A stretch of 64,000 nt of DNA from NCBI RefSeq assembly GCF_006345805.1, contig NC_043003.1, positions 55,986,001-56,050,000 on the forward strand, given 5' to 3'. This document shows positions 22,913-37,568 of this stretch, one piece after another. Positions within the stretch are counted from its first letter, which is position 1. Every line of letters starts with the position of its first letter. The notes under the pieces were generated by a model, which was given only the letters and a program-made list of their open reading frames with translations, did not search any database and had not been told where the DNA came from. Origin of the DNA: Octopus sinensis (taxonomy: Eukaryota). Position numbers and translations under genes: made by a program.

Positions 22913-24978
22913 TACACACACACATATATATATATACACACACTTACATACATTCACACGTACAAATATACATATATGCATATATCCATACATATGCGCC
23001 TTCTCTGTATCTGTCTCTCTCACCTAGTTCTCTCCCTCTCTATATTTCTCTTACTCTCTCACTTGCTTTCTCTTCCGTTTAAATTATTTTTTTTATGCAT
23101 ATTACGATTATCATTTTCCTAAAATTACATTTATTTCGATACAGCTTTTCCGGAATTATAACAATCATATGACATGTTATTATCTCTGATTTCCATAGCA
23201 TTAAGCAGAAAGAAAAACAGCACAAAAAACAAAAAAACAAAACAAAAAGGAACTGAGGGGTATTATTGATGAACGAAGTGAATTTTGTTGTTACAATTTG
23301 CCAGCTTATCACACCTTAATTCGAAAATCACACCGCTGATTTCAGCGATCTGCCATAACTCGCTGATGGTGCCTCTTAACATCTAGGTGGACTCAACGGT
23401 GTAAATGTAAAAATAAGAAAAAGATAATAATCGATAATCTTTATAACTGCTGCATGCTTAAGAGCTCTTTTTCTGTTTCTGCAACTAGAAACTTTCTGGT
23501 TCAATCGCAATACACAACAGCTTGGGTATCGGTGATCTTTACCGTAGTTTTGGCTGACCAATATTTCGCTTACAAAATTCGATGGGTACACACTATATAA
23601 AAGAGACAATCGGTGTCACCGTTAATGATTTTGCCTAGTTTTGGTCGCATGAAACATTCGCTGGTCTTTAGTTCCCTTAATCTTTTTTTTTTTTTTGCCT
23701 CAATTGGGGCCTGGTGTAGTCTATTCATCATACATGTTTGTGAGGCACTGAAAAATATGAGCGTTGTCCTTTTTTTACCTGCCTGAATTATGTAAACGAA
23801 AAGGAAAATACAAAATTTGCTCGCTTTGTGACCACGTTCTTTCGACTTCAGTCACACAAACACACAAATATATACATATGTCAGCATGAGCATGTGTTCC
23901 TTTGTGTTTGTGTTTGTGTCCTACCTTGCTTGACAACCGGTGCTCGTTTGTTTAAATTTCTGTGATTTAGCGGTTCGGCACAAGAGCCCTATTAAAGAAG
24001 TACCAGATCCTTATTTAAAAGAAAAGCAGTGGCGTCACATTGACAGTGACTGTCACATTTAGCAGCTAACAAAGATACGCTCGATAGACAGTCCTGTGTT
24101 TCCAGAATTTGCCCCTCAGTAAAGCTTTGACTCCGGCACGCCGGGCAAAATGCCGCGTCATTCGGTCCGTCCTTACTTCCTTAAATCAAATCTCATCAAG
24201 TCTGACTTTGTCAGCCTTTTAGAATCAAACAAAAAATACCAGTTGAGCACTGGGGTCGGTGTAATCGAATTATCCCCTCCCTTGAACTTTCTGCTAAGTA
24301 TTAATTCTAGATATTAATATATTTTCAACATTAACTATCCTCCCTAAACAAAATAATGTTACTGGAATAATAAAATGAATTCCATCAAATTAAGTGAAGG
24401 AATATATTTACAGTTCTTATGTAGATGTTAATAATCCCATATTAATAATCATTTCTGCTACATGTACAGTTCACTGGTACTTAAACTATCGACGCCGAAA
24501 AGATGAAAGTCAAAGTCGAACTCGGCGAAATTTGAACACATAACGTAGCGGTAGACGAAGTAGAATTCGATACTAATAATGAAACTATTGGATTTGCGGC
24601 ACAAACGCCACGAATAATTTTTCTTTTCTTTACTTGCACATTGTTTTGCTGAATAAAACACAGAGATACAACTCAATCACCAAATAACTTGGAACTAGGA
24701 AAACAGTGTTACAGCTGATAAAAGAATTTAGTTAATTATTACAGTTCTTAAGTAGATTACTCTACAATAACTCATAGACATTCTCTGAGGCAGAATCTGC
24801 TGTCGTTTCCTACTTTAGTGTTAATAAGTCACCAGCATTTGACAGTCAAATCTCTTCAACTCATAGAGAAAAAATTCAAGACGCTGCTGATTGTTCGCTC
24901 TCTTCTTCATCTACTTTGACGCTACTATGTATGTATCTACGTATTATGTATGTGTATACATACTTACACACACACAGA

Positions 24979-25063
<85 letters not shown>

Positions 25064-25116
25064 AATATAAATGTATATACATATATTATATATATATATA
25101 AATACAAACACACACA

Positions 25117-25147
<31 letters not shown>

Positions 25148-26575
25148 CTACATATGTTCTGCATATTAATTTTAAATATTAAATTTTGAATATTAATCCT
25201 AAATATTAAATTCTATAATATAATCTAAATTCTGAATTTTTAATATTAAATTCTGAATATGAAACGCTAAGTATTAATTCTATATATTAATATATTTTAA
25301 TATTCACTATCTTCCCTAGACAAAATAATATTGCTGGTAATTACTTCAACATAAGTCAAGGAAAATATTTACAGTTCTTGTACAGAAGTTGAAACGATGA
25401 AATAAAACAAAAAAAACCATGCTCTTTAAATGGGCTAATTATAGTAAAAGAGGGCTTTGATGAAATTAGCGTATAATTTTTTTCAGAAATGTGGTAAAAA
25501 TGAATTCAAAGAACAAATGATCTCCTGCACACATTCCATATATTTCCTATATGTGTACTGTTCTATTACATGTGTATTTATGCATGTATGTATGTATGTA
25601 TGTATGTATGTATGTATGTATGTATGTATGTATGTATGTATGTATGTGTATATGTATGCATATATGCATGTATGTATATGAGTATGTATGTATGCATGTA
25701 TGTATTATGTATGTAGTATGTGTATATGTATGCATATATGCATGTATGTATATGAGTATGTATGTATGTATGTATGTATGTATGTATGTATGTATGTATA
25801 TGGAGATCATTGAAGCTTGCTTGAAGTATAATGTACATTTAAAATTGTAAATAATAGGGAAAATAGGTCACTTGTTAAAATGCAGTAAGTAGGTAAATCT
25901 AATAACCTTCATATATTTCAAGTTCAAAGACCCATCATCAGAAGCAAACAGATTAGAAATCACTGTATTCTAGGCATAGGAAACCTTTTTCCAGAAGCTG
26001 GCCGCTTCAAACATGATTAACCATCAGTAGTACCGAAGCAATTTAGAAGTCATTTTTTTCACTTGGCGCACCATTCTGAAGAAAATCTTGCAAGCCCGCA
26101 TTTTTCCTATACCTGATCTATTGAGATACCGTCCATGCACCTCAGTAAGTAAGTGGCGGGCGTGAAAATGTCGGGGTCGAGCAGGTCGAGCAGCTATCAT
26201 AGTAACAGCAGCTATTCTTCAAAGACGCTGACAGCCGTCGTAGCGGTCATAGTAAGAACGCGGTGGACAGTAACTAGCTGTTGGTTGAAACAGTCGTGAG
26301 GGAAGTAATTGCTCGTATTGAAGGTAGCGGCAGTGGTGGTAGTCAAAATAGAGTAGTTGATGACAACGCTAGTTGAACAGTCCATATCAGTTGTAGTAGT
26401 GGTAATATTAGTCGTAGCAACAACAGCGAGGAGTTAAATGTAAGTCAATGACCTAGTATCGATCGATTATTGAGCTTCAGGTGATGTCGAAGGATGATCA
26501 AAGATTGTCTGATCTGAATATTCCCAACATTTGTCAATGGCCAATATACTAGTGTTTATACTATTAGTGGTGTTA

Positions 26576-26715
26576 CTACTTTTCGGAATGTTGGCCGTAA
26601 GAAGACTTGTGTTTTGTCAGGTGTTCTGACATCCAGAAGTAGAGTGGCTGGATCGTACTTACGATGTAGTATTCGCCGCATTTATGACACTGTAACTGGT
26701 AGGGAGCCCACGTGA
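26576..26715 (-). pseudogene. GIY-YIG endonuclease fragment of a Penelope-like element
   Basis: YQLQCHKCGEYYIVSTIQPLYFWMSEHLTKHKSSYGQH matches the PLE pattern Y-x-I/L-x-C-x2-C-x3-YIG-x-T-x2-L-x2-R-x2-EH. Confidence 0.7.
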
Positions 26716-27090
26716 GTCGGCAAGTTATTTTCATAATATGCTTAATCACGATGCCGTAACGTGCGTAGGGAATTGACAGAATAAACTGCATCTTGTGTCT
26801 ATCAGATTTTTCATATGTGTGTGTATGTGTCTGCGCGGGTTGGTGTATATGTGTGTGTACTTTGTCGTTTCCCTTTCAATTGCTTCAGTTATTGGACAAC
26901 GGGCATGATGGGGCACTACCTTCGAAGGCTTTAGTCAAATCATCAACTCACTCCTTCAGTACTAATTTGGTTTTCTTTTAGGCTTGATACATATTCTGTT
27001 GGGCTTTTTTTTTTACCAAATCATTGTTATGGAGACATAAACAAGCGAACATCGGTTGTAAAGACGTAGTGGCGGAGACAAACACAAGTA

Positions 27091-27229
27091 TAAGGTTGTC
27101 CCAAAAGTTCGTAGAAAGTCTTGGAAAATAATGGTCTTTATTTTGAGGAATAATTTTTGTTGTTTTTGTTAGTACTTGGCGAGTAAAAATTCAATTTTCA
27201 AGTGTTTACGAACTTTTGGGACAACCTAA
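27091..27229. mobile_element. 139-bp mariner-type MITE with 23-bp TIRs and TA flanks, inside a SINE remnant
   Basis: taaggttgtcccaaaagttcgta / tacgaacttttgggacaacctaa; the TIR resembles the mariner at 14054. Confidence 0.85.
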
Positions 27230-27256
27230 TATATACATACAGATATATGCGTATAC

Positions 27257-27287
<31 letters not shown>

Positions 27288-27308
27288 CATACATACATAC
27301 ATAATACA

Positions 27309-27342
<34 letters not shown>

Positions 27343-27365
27343 CATACATACACACACACACACAA

Positions 27366-27423
<58 letters not shown>

Positions 27424-30400
27424 GAGAAAATCACTTTGATGATTTTATCAAGTGGCCAGCGTGAAGTAAAGAACTTGTAGGTAACATTTTATACTAATTT
27501 ATAATTATATAAAATAATCTTACTAAACGGTGCGGATAAACCCCATCAACGTGCTAGGAATTAACGCCAAATGGCCCTAAAAGCAACATCTATACTCTAT
27601 TAGCATATATATATAGTATATATATATATATATATATATATATTTTATATAATTCAGAATCATATGTGAGTGTGTGTTTACGTACAAAAACACGATGGAT
27701 TCTTTCAGTTTCCGTCTACCAAATTTAACAGTAAGGTTTTGGTCGGCCCGGAACTACAAAACCAGAAGCCTTCCCATTTATCATGGAACAGAAATGATTC
27801 TGAATTTATGTTACTGTGACGCGAACTTCTTAGTATAATACTGGAAATAGTTTAGTCAAATAAATCAGTTTCATAACGCTTAACCAAGAGAGGATACGCA
27901 GCACCAAGAATATTTTCTGCTCCAATATAATAGTTACATTTTTTATGTCTCTCCGAATATTTGCAGATGAATATGTACATAAAACGAATGGATATGTGGA
28001 AATTCATTTCTGATTATTTCAGTTCTGGAACTTTTTACTCTCAAAAGTATTTGTGGATTCCACAAAGATTATTTAGGTCTTTTGTGGACATTTGACTAAC
28101 TCAACTTTCTTGTTCATATTATTTAGACGCAATTCCGCTTTGAGCGAGCAAGTAGAGTTAAAACTGAACAGACTTTAAGCAATATTATTTTGTCATTTTT
28201 CGATGAATGTAGGAACATATCATTCAGTGTGTTCTCTATTTTTTAATAGGATTGGATGTGACGTAAAGGCAATTTCCTACGATATCATTAAGCCGAACTG
28301 GCCATGTTCAGGCTCAATTAGCATAATGATTGGAAAAAATGTCAAAACTGTTTCCTTCAAATGGAGTTATTATTTATTTTGTGCTTTTGAAAAAGACGTT
28401 AGAACGTAATAAATGTACTAATGCTGTTAGGGAATTCATTTAAATAACTTAACTTTTTTTCCTCAGATAGAAGTCTTGCCCAATCTTCTTATCTCTAAGT
28501 TGATTTCCCGAACACGTTTCCCATTGTTTTCAAGTAAGATCTAATCTTCTTTATAACATGATAGGTCATAAACTGAATGTTCTTGCCCACCGTAGATAAC
28601 TGATTGTATATTTCGCATTGTATATCATACTTTATGCTGAATATCGGCAGACCCAATGCAGTGGTTCTACAAACTATAAATAAGCTCGCGATATCCCTCC
28701 ATTCATACACTACTCTTTTACACAGAAAGACCGCAATAGACAATATAATATTAGTTATACTATAAACACAATGATGTGAAAATACAGTATAATCATATCT
28801 GGTACACCACTAATCACAAGTCACAAAAAGCAGTAACTGGCCTGTAGTAGTGAACAAACGTGTGCATTTTAGAAATTTCTAACCAGTGGAGCTCTTGTTG
28901 CGGAGTTAGCACCTGGTACCTTATTCAGAGAAAATGCTGGTCGGTCACAACTGCAAAATATGATCGAAGTAAAGGCTGAACAACAAGATATATAAATAAC
29001 GAATTGTTCATTTGACTTATGTGTCATCCCGTATATTTGAACCAAGTCCAATGAAAGTTCATCAATTTTGTTGGTTCTAGGAACAATTCCGTTTCTAGTG
29101 ATCACTCGATCATCTAATATATTGCAGCTAAATCTTTCTTAAAGCAAACCCTTAAGCCTTAAAAAAGTGAAGGAAATATTATATAGTGTTATATAATATT
29201 ATATGTATTCTCAAATACATTTAATAAGAGTTATGTTCGATTATGATATACCTTAAGACGAAAAGAAAATATGGAGCAATATCTCGTTTCCACCAGTAAT
29301 TTTCTAGTGAGAATTACTGGCGTATCACCTCTTAACAGTAAACGGGTGATAAACCGAGTACTTCACCTCGTCTAGTACTCATCGATTTAAAATATCTACT
29401 GTGACCCACTGTGAGTGCTTCGTTTTGTTATTGTAATTGTTATTGGTATTTTATCCTTTTGTTGTTTAATCCCATTAAATTCCAAACTAGTTTTATGATC
29501 AAAGGCATCATTATCATTAATCTTTTCTTTCCGTTTCTTTCTTCTCTTTATTTTAGATTTTGTATCGAAAATGTCCTTCAAGTTTCAGACAGCAGGGGGA
29601 AATTTGACTAACACTTGACATTATCACTGTCTTATACATTGGTCTTGTATAGAAACATTCTATTCATATCGGTTTAAAAGTTACACCAATACGACATTTG
29701 TATTTTTCAAAGCAGCAGCGATGATCAAGGACATAGGTCAGAGTCGCTGGAATGATGCATACATTTCTGTCGCTGCTGTTATCATAACACTAAACCATCC
29801 GTAATAAAACAGGCATCGAAGTACAGCTCATCTAGAAACTTCTGCATTTATTACTGCTAAGATATGATAGATATAAGAGAGATTCGCATGCTATTTCTAG
29901 CATATGATTAAATTCATTTATCTATTTATTTATGTATGTATTTATTTGAAGTATCTAGGATTGCATTTTCCTTTCGTTTAGATGATGTTATGCGATTTGA
30001 ATGCGATTCAGCTGCTCCTTCTTTCAAATTAAACGGGCATTAATGGTTCTCTTGTTAACTGGTTTATATGCCTCAAGATTCTGTTGATAAGAGTGATGGA
30101 AAAAGGATAGGGGGACGTACTAGTATTAAAAGAAGTAGACATATATTTCTAGAAAAAGCTGGAAGCAACCTGAGAACAGAGATATAAAAATACAATAAAA
30201 CAACGAAATATAAATAAATAGATAGATATGTAAATAAATAAAAAGGGCCCTAACTGACCCTTGCAAATGTAACGTGACGTGGAAGTCAATCGTAGAATTA
30301 ACCACTTTAAGCCTTGAAGTTCTCGGCTCTTATCTGTACCGAGCGTAAGCTATGCTGAACGGAAGTGATGCTGAAGAATGACACTCGTCTTAACATTGCA

Positions 30401-30805
30401 CCGGAAATGTATATAATTTATAACAACAAGATAAACGTTCTGCTGTCGGCATGGGCTGTTGAATTTATTAGTTTACACTTGTTAGTTACTGTGTAATAGC
30501 ATCCACACCCTCCCTTTCATTCTGTCTTTTTCATTTACAACTATGGGTCCCTATTGCAGCTCTTACTAAGATTTCGATGCTGCTTAGAAGCTAACTTTTT
30601 TTTGTTTTAGAACACAATGTATAGAGAAAATATAATTAGTGGAATCAGATGAACGAAAAACATGAATGAGCCGCTAAGTCCCTGCATACAGCTATAAAAA
30701 TGGTATGCATATAAAATTCAAAGAAACATGTACTATGTATCCATGTATGTATGTATGTATGCATGTCAGCATGTATCCATGTATGTATGTATGTATGTAT
30801 GTATG

Positions 30806-30836
<31 letters not shown>

Positions 30837-31105
30837 CTGTCTGTCTGTTTATCTCTATATATATCTATTTATCTATCTATCTACCTGAATCCTAATTATA
30901 ATTATGCATATAATTATAGAATTCTTATATTTAACTGCTATTTCTAAATTTCGGTATGTGGTGAAGCAATTTTTACTGACACTAATTATAATGATGTTTA
31001 TGGTTATATAATTTATATATATATATATATATATGTACATACACGTCACACACGCGCGCACACCCACGCACTCACACACATGCACACACATATATTTAAA
31101 TATTC

Positions 31106-31350
31106 AAGGGACCACAGCTATTCAATGCCTAGCCAAAACATCTGAAAGATCTTCATGTCGTAGGGGTTGAATGTTTTCAAAAGACAACTGGATCTCTTCT
31201 TGTACAATGCCTCAAATGAACCTATATCACTGCAAGAAACTAAAAAAAAATGGCAGCAGAGTGCTCCCGCAATATCACCAAAAGCCATTGGCATAAGAAT
31301 GGCCATTGAAAAGGTGCTTAAACCGGCGGTGCTCCAGCTTGGTCCCAGCC
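31106..31350 (+). mobile_element. CR1/L2-group LINE 3' end
   Basis: GPQLFNA*PKHLKDL then NVFKRQLDLFL, a typical CR1/L2 C-terminus; the 3' UTR contains ggcggtgctccagc. Confidence 0.65.
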
Positions 31351-31662
31351 TTTTGCTTGACATGCATAAAAGAGAAAAAGAATATATACATGCATATATA
31401 TATATATACCATTGCTATTATGCAAAAGTGTCGTTAAGTTCAAAACGTTGGTTTTTCTGAAAACGAAAAGATAGTTAATCCATTCCATAGCCAAACGGTT
31501 GTACGACACGTTGACAAATTTTTATATCCTGGTATCTGAAGCAGCTGGAGATACGCTAGTTTGACCAAAAGAACCGGCAATTAATATTGAAAAAAACGTA
31601 CTTGCCCAAAGTTGGACATACGTCACTTTAGCATGAATATATATACACACACACACAGACAC

Positions 31663-31748
<86 letters not shown>

Positions 31749-31784
31749 ATATATCATATATAAATAATATATGTATGTGAAGGC

Positions 31785-32280
31785 AACGACCAAGTGTTTA
31801 CGGCAGCGGACTTGAAGTCGTAGAATCTCGGTTTCGATTCCCAGACATGGAGTGTTTTATTGAGCAAAAATGCGTAAAGCTCCACGACACCTCGGCAGAG
31901 GATATTGGTGGCGAAATATTAGCACACCGGGTGAAATACTGCCGTTACCTTCTGAGTTCAAATTCCGTCGAGGTCGACTTTGCCTTTCATCATTTCGGGT
32001 CGATAAATTAAGTACCAGTTACGCACTGCGGTCGATGTAATCGATTTAATCCGTTTGTCTGTCCTTGTTTGTCTCCTCTGTGCTTAGCCCCTTGTTGGTA
32101 GTAAAGAAATAGGTATTTCGAATGTCTTTACGTTCTATATTCAAATTCCACGCAAGGTCGATTTGTCTTTCATCCTTTCGGGGTCGATAAATTAAGTACT
32201 AGTTGCGTAATGGGGTCGATCAAATCGGCTGCGCACTTCCCCCAAATTTTCGGGTCTTCTGTCTAGAGTAGAAAAGAATA
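31785..32280 (+). mobile_element. Composite of tRNA-derived SINEs (OR2-like body repeated twice)
   Basis: gagttcaaattcc...gaggtcgactttgcctttcatc...gtcgataaattaagtaccag occurs twice. Confidence 0.85.
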
Positions 32281-32507
32281 TTTCTTTTGAATCCAATTAA
32301 TGTGTGTTCTGTTTTGGCCTTGCCACCAGTTTAGATTCTGGATGAGTGCGTGAGGGAGTAAGTGTATGTATAATTGTATGAATCGGATTACACTGTAGAG
32401 CTAGTAAATGAAGGACGTGTATGAATGTACGTATGTAGCTGCAAACACTCACACACACATTTATGTATGTGTATATATATCTATATCTATCTATATCTAA
32501 CTATCTG

Positions 32508-32618
<111 letters not shown>

Positions 32619-33109
32619 TATATATAATATATATATATATATACGTCTGCGTGTCTGTGTAATTAGATAGATAGATAAATAGATAGTTAGATGGATAGAT
32701 AAATAGATACAGGGATAGATTGATTGATAGAAAGAAAGAGAGAGGGGAGAGAGAGAAATAGATAGAGAGGATTGTATGTATGTGCGTCTTCGTAGACAGA
32801 CAGACAGATAGGTAGAGAGAGAGAGAGAGAGAGTGAGAGAGAGAGAAAGAGATAGAGAGGGAGAGAGAGAAAATCGGAAATATTGCTCAATTTTCAAACT
32901 ATAGACGCGTTTGGGTTGCAGAATACCCCATTAAGTGATTGATATCCACTTTCAAGCAATGTGATGCATATACTATGAATTGAGAAGCTGCCTGTACCTC
33001 GAATCTTTGTTATATAAACAATTGCTGCACCTCGTCCGTACTTGTAAGTATTATAAAACACGTGCAGGTAATATTGGTGCAAGCCCAGGAGTTTCGGGGG
33101 ACGAGAATA

Positions 33110-33495
33110 GGTGTATTGCGTTCCTTAACATATTTCACCGCCCCCAGATGGATAAAAGGTCACGTCGACATCGAAGGAATTTGAACACAGAACGTAAAGA
33201 GGGACGAAATGACACTAAACATTTTGTCCGGCGTGCTAGCGAATTTCCCAGGTCACCACGCAAGATGTGTATACAATATAGGTTTCGAATTTTCGCTCAG
33301 GGATACCAATTTGGTGGATGTGAATAAGTCCATCACGTCGCCTCCAGTGATCAACTGGTACTTATTTTATCAACCCCGAAAATACGAAAGGCAAATTCGA
33401 CCCCGGTGGAATTTGAAACCAGGAAGTGATGACGGCCGAAATGCCGCTAAGCATTTTGTCTGACGGGCTACCGTTTCTACCAACTCGCCGCTTTT
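33110..33495 (-). mobile_element. Two decayed OR2-like SINE copies
   Basis: gaatttgaac and aatgccgctaagcattttgtc-type motifs shared with 34612-34840. Confidence 0.65.
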
Positions 33496-34611
33496 GACGT
33501 GTAGATAATTATTAGGCAATAATATTCATACTAATTCCTAAATATGTGCGTGAGTTTGTATGTGTGCGTGTGTGTGAGTGTGCGTGAGTGTGTATGTCAA
33601 CGTGTGTGCATGTGTGTGTGTGTGTGGGTATGTGTGCGAGTGTGCATTCATACATGCGCACATACACACACAAACGAATGCGTAGAGCTACAAGAGAATT
33701 TGGGTGTTAGCAAATGCAATTAAAATGTAGCAAAGTGAATCCATATGTGAACGCAATATTATACGCCATATTAGATGTTATATTCACATCTCCGCCTAAA
33801 AATAAGACTCTTGTGTGCATGTTAATTAGTAATTCTAAATAAGCTCATAATTATTTGGTAATTACTTTGAATCAGGGTAATATCAGTATCCCAGATAATG
33901 TTAAAACTGAAATCTTGAATATGATACACTTGTTCAAAATATTCCACAGAAACATATAGAATGCTACGAGTGGAAAGAAATAAAGTGCACAGTTCAACAC
34001 CGTCGTTTTATTACTTGTTTAAATTTAGTAAAATTCAATTCTGTTTCGTAATTATAGTTTGTCGTTGTCTATCTCTTCTCTACGAATTTAGTTTTCTCCC
34101 TTTTGAAAAAAAGAGTGAAATACGCTTCACACACGTATAAGTACACACACACGGCCAATCGCAAATAATACGTATATGTTTATATATCACACGTAGTATA
34201 TCCGTAATCGTCAGCTACCATAAGACCAAAATCACTTCTAGACTAAATCAAGCTGGATTTAAATGTTTGATACTTACATCAAAGAGTAAAGAAGTGTTAC
34301 AGAATATACAAATTTAATATTGTTTTCCTATACATTATAAAGGTATCAAAGTTTGTAATCATCGGTTCAAATGCGCGTGTACTTCTGTATGCGTGTATGG
34401 TTAGCAGTAGCAAGAAATACGGCTTAGTTCAAGCCATGCGAGTGTTTCAAAGACAATTTTAAAAAACTCGGTTAAAAAGCTCAAGATACTAACAATTAGG
34501 AAGATCTTGCATCAGACGGGGAGCTGTGGAGGAACCTGATAACTATTGCAGTTAAAGAATCTGAGAGCAACAGGTTTAAATGCACTGAGTTGAAACATGC
34601 TGGTAAATATA

Positions 34612-34840
34612 TGTGTTTCTTTACTACCCACAAGGGGCTATACATAGAGGGGACAGACAAGGACAGACAAACGGATTAAGTCGATTATATCGACCCCAGT
34701 GCGTAACTGGTACTTAATTTATCGACCCCGAAAGGATGAAAGGCAAAGTCGACCTCGGCGGAATTTGAACCCAGAACGTAACGGCAGACGAAATACGGCT
34801 ACGCATTTCACCGGCGTGCTAACGTTTCTGCCAGCTCGCC
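34612..34840 (-). mobile_element. OR2-like tRNA-derived SINE, well conserved
   Basis: Reverse complement of the body at 31920-32110; head ggcgagctggcagaaacgttagcacgccgg. Confidence 0.9.
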
Positions 34841-35414
34841 ATGGAGGATAGAAACACTCTTTCTGTGATGGGAGCGAAAGGGTCTCTTTTGTGTGATCAG
34901 TTTGATCATGTCTGCTTCTCAATTGTAGCCATACTCAGCTACAAACGTGTTTGTGGAGTCACACACGTTAACCAATGTGATATCCTGCATGAGCCTTCGT
35001 GCACATTTTGTAGCAGTTCAGAGGACTCGCTCGGCATTTTAAGTCGGAACCTTCAAATGGTTGGGCTGCTGCAAAAGGGCTAAATTGTAGTCGGTGTAGA
35101 ATTACTGTTAAGTTCTTTGCAGGCTTTCGGATCCATATGAGACATCATCAGAGATGGGGAGGCAAAGTATGAGAGTTTTCTTAGAGTTAAATACGTTTAA
35201 AAAGTGCTCTTGCTCATTTACTGTAAAGGTAATAAACACATGTATAAGATATAGGAATAACAAGCAGATGTATTAGTTTAACGCTCGGAAAACAAGGAAA
35301 CGGAGAAAGAAAAGAAGTGTTTGTATATGTATGGGTGTATGTGTGTGTTTAAATATATGTGTATTTATGCATTTATACACGCACACATGCATAGGTACAT
35401 ATACATACACACAG

Positions 35415-35605
<191 letters not shown>

Positions 35606-36285
35606 ATACACATACTACAAACGTACATGTATAATGCCTATTTACAGGCACATGCACGCGCACACACAAACACACATACACATTACGGAGATAAATATAT
35701 TCGTATATGCAACAAGAATGTAATTTTAACGTAATAACATTAGCAGATATCACAAAGTAAGAGGAACTATTAATATTTCTAACATTAATTTAACTCAAGG
35801 AAAACAAGTCAACCTGTTCATGCACTGAAATAAATCTGAATATATTCCACACGTAAATTGTTATTGGGCAAAGTGCTTTGATTCCGACACAAAGATGGTG
35901 TATCTTGTGTTAATCTTTGTTCTTCATCAGCTCCGGTAATAATGCAGTGTGTAATTTGAGTATTGAATTGTGATATAAACACCGGTGTTACTAGAAATTT
36001 AAAAGATTAAAATTAAATCCTCCGATATTTACCAGAACCACTCAGAACTTCGTACTACTCGATTCCTGTTACTTTTATGTGCAAAATTATACACAAGAGA
36101 GCAGAACAGTTTGAATTAACAACTAAAAGGTGCTTTTAATATGATGGAGATAGAGAAACATTCCATAGATATAACGAGTATAAAAGCTTATGTAATAACT
36201 TTAATATAAGCTTAGTGTAATATACTTTATCAGAGAACTCAAAGAGATAGGAAATATTTATATTATAATGTGTGTGAGTGTGTGT

Positions 36286-36325
<40 letters not shown>

Positions 36326-36731
36326 TGTGTGTGTGTGTGTGTGCGTGCGTGTCTGTGTGTGTGAATGTAAAAACAGTTAAAGGTGCGTATATCAAGGAAA
36401 ACAAATCAGCTTATGTATACAAAGAAATATATATATACGTATGCCATATATTTACTGGTGGTGGACAAAACGCAGTTTCAGTCACAAAATCGATGTACTT
36501 TATACGCATCTCCAGACATCAACAGCAGCAGTAATAACGGAGGTAGTAATTCCAGTATTTAGTGGTTTGCGTACGCAAGGTTGCAGGTTAAGATTATTTC
36601 CTCAAGTGGTTATTAAAAGCACTCGAATATATATGTAGGTACGGGTGAACAGATTGATTGATTGATTGACTGACGTATAGATAAATAGATGTGTATAGGT
36701 GGGCATATACTTGTATATATATATATATATC

Positions 36732-37138
36732 AAAATAAGCAACGAGGATATCCAGATGTAATGCAGTACGGTCGTTTCATGCGACTCCATCTAATTGAGC
36801 AATGCAACCATTTCATTACATCAATTTAAAATGTAGAGCAAGCCACATCTCCTCAAATACATAGATTTTAATTAAATTAGAAGAACACATTAGTATAATT
36901 TTACCCAAAATCTCTAAGAGGATAAGGAGAGAGACAAATAACATATTTTACCAATAACATCATAGTTGTAACAAAATTATACTCATGTGTCCTAATTTAA
37001 TTAAATTCTGTCTTTGGGCAGCTGAAGATTGCTCTACATTTTAAATTGATGCAATGAAATGATTGCATTGTTCAATTAAATGGAGTCGCATGAAACGATT
37101 GTATTGCATTACCTCTGGATATCATTGTTGCTTATTTT
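36732..37138. mobile_element. Inverted-repeat element (110-bp arms 36732-36841/37029-37138) whose arms are hammerhead sequence
   Basis: The arms are reverse complements at roughly 85-90% identity by eye; the left arm abuts (TA)n. Confidence 0.85.
37018..37107 (+). ncRNA. Type I hammerhead with extended stem II, core intact
   Basis: gcag-CTGAAGA-ttgc...gcat-GAAAC-gatt-GTA-ttgc. The inverted arm gives GAAAC-gacc-GTA-ctgc, so the consensus is GAAAC-GATC-GTA-ctgc. Confidence 0.75.
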
Positions 37139-37331
37139 AATTTTAATCCCCTTATTTTAAAATTGTATGGATAACACCATACTAAATTCTGGTGTCTCAA
37201 CTTAAGTACCATATTCATCTGAATCAAAATTTTTATTATATATATATATAGATATATATATCGTTATAATATAGATCCTCGTCCACTTGTATGTTATTGT
37301 TGGAAGCGTAATATTCTTGTTGCCACTAATA

Positions 37332-37568
37332 TGTTGTGCCAGTATTCCGCGTCTTTTTATGTTTGACACGTGCACTCGCAGATAGTCCCGCAAGACAATG
37401 ACTTTGATACGTCTATCTCGACGGTGACTCGTACTCATATATAGCTGGTAACTGACACTGACTCCAACTAAGAACTCGATAACAACTCTAGTAATACTGA
37501 CTTCCTCCGACTGACTGTCTGACTTTATAGTGGCAACTCATACCAATTTGCCCTATTTCACTACAACA
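37332..37568 (-). repeat. 3' LTR (237 bp)
   Basis: Termini TGTTGT...ACAACA, preceded on the minus strand by purine-rich aaaaggtgta, downstream of integrase. Confidence 0.7.

Noticed and set aside
28871-28985. QWSSCCGV as a tetraspanin CCG exon
   Set aside because: The frame ends in a stop with no donor site or supporting exons.
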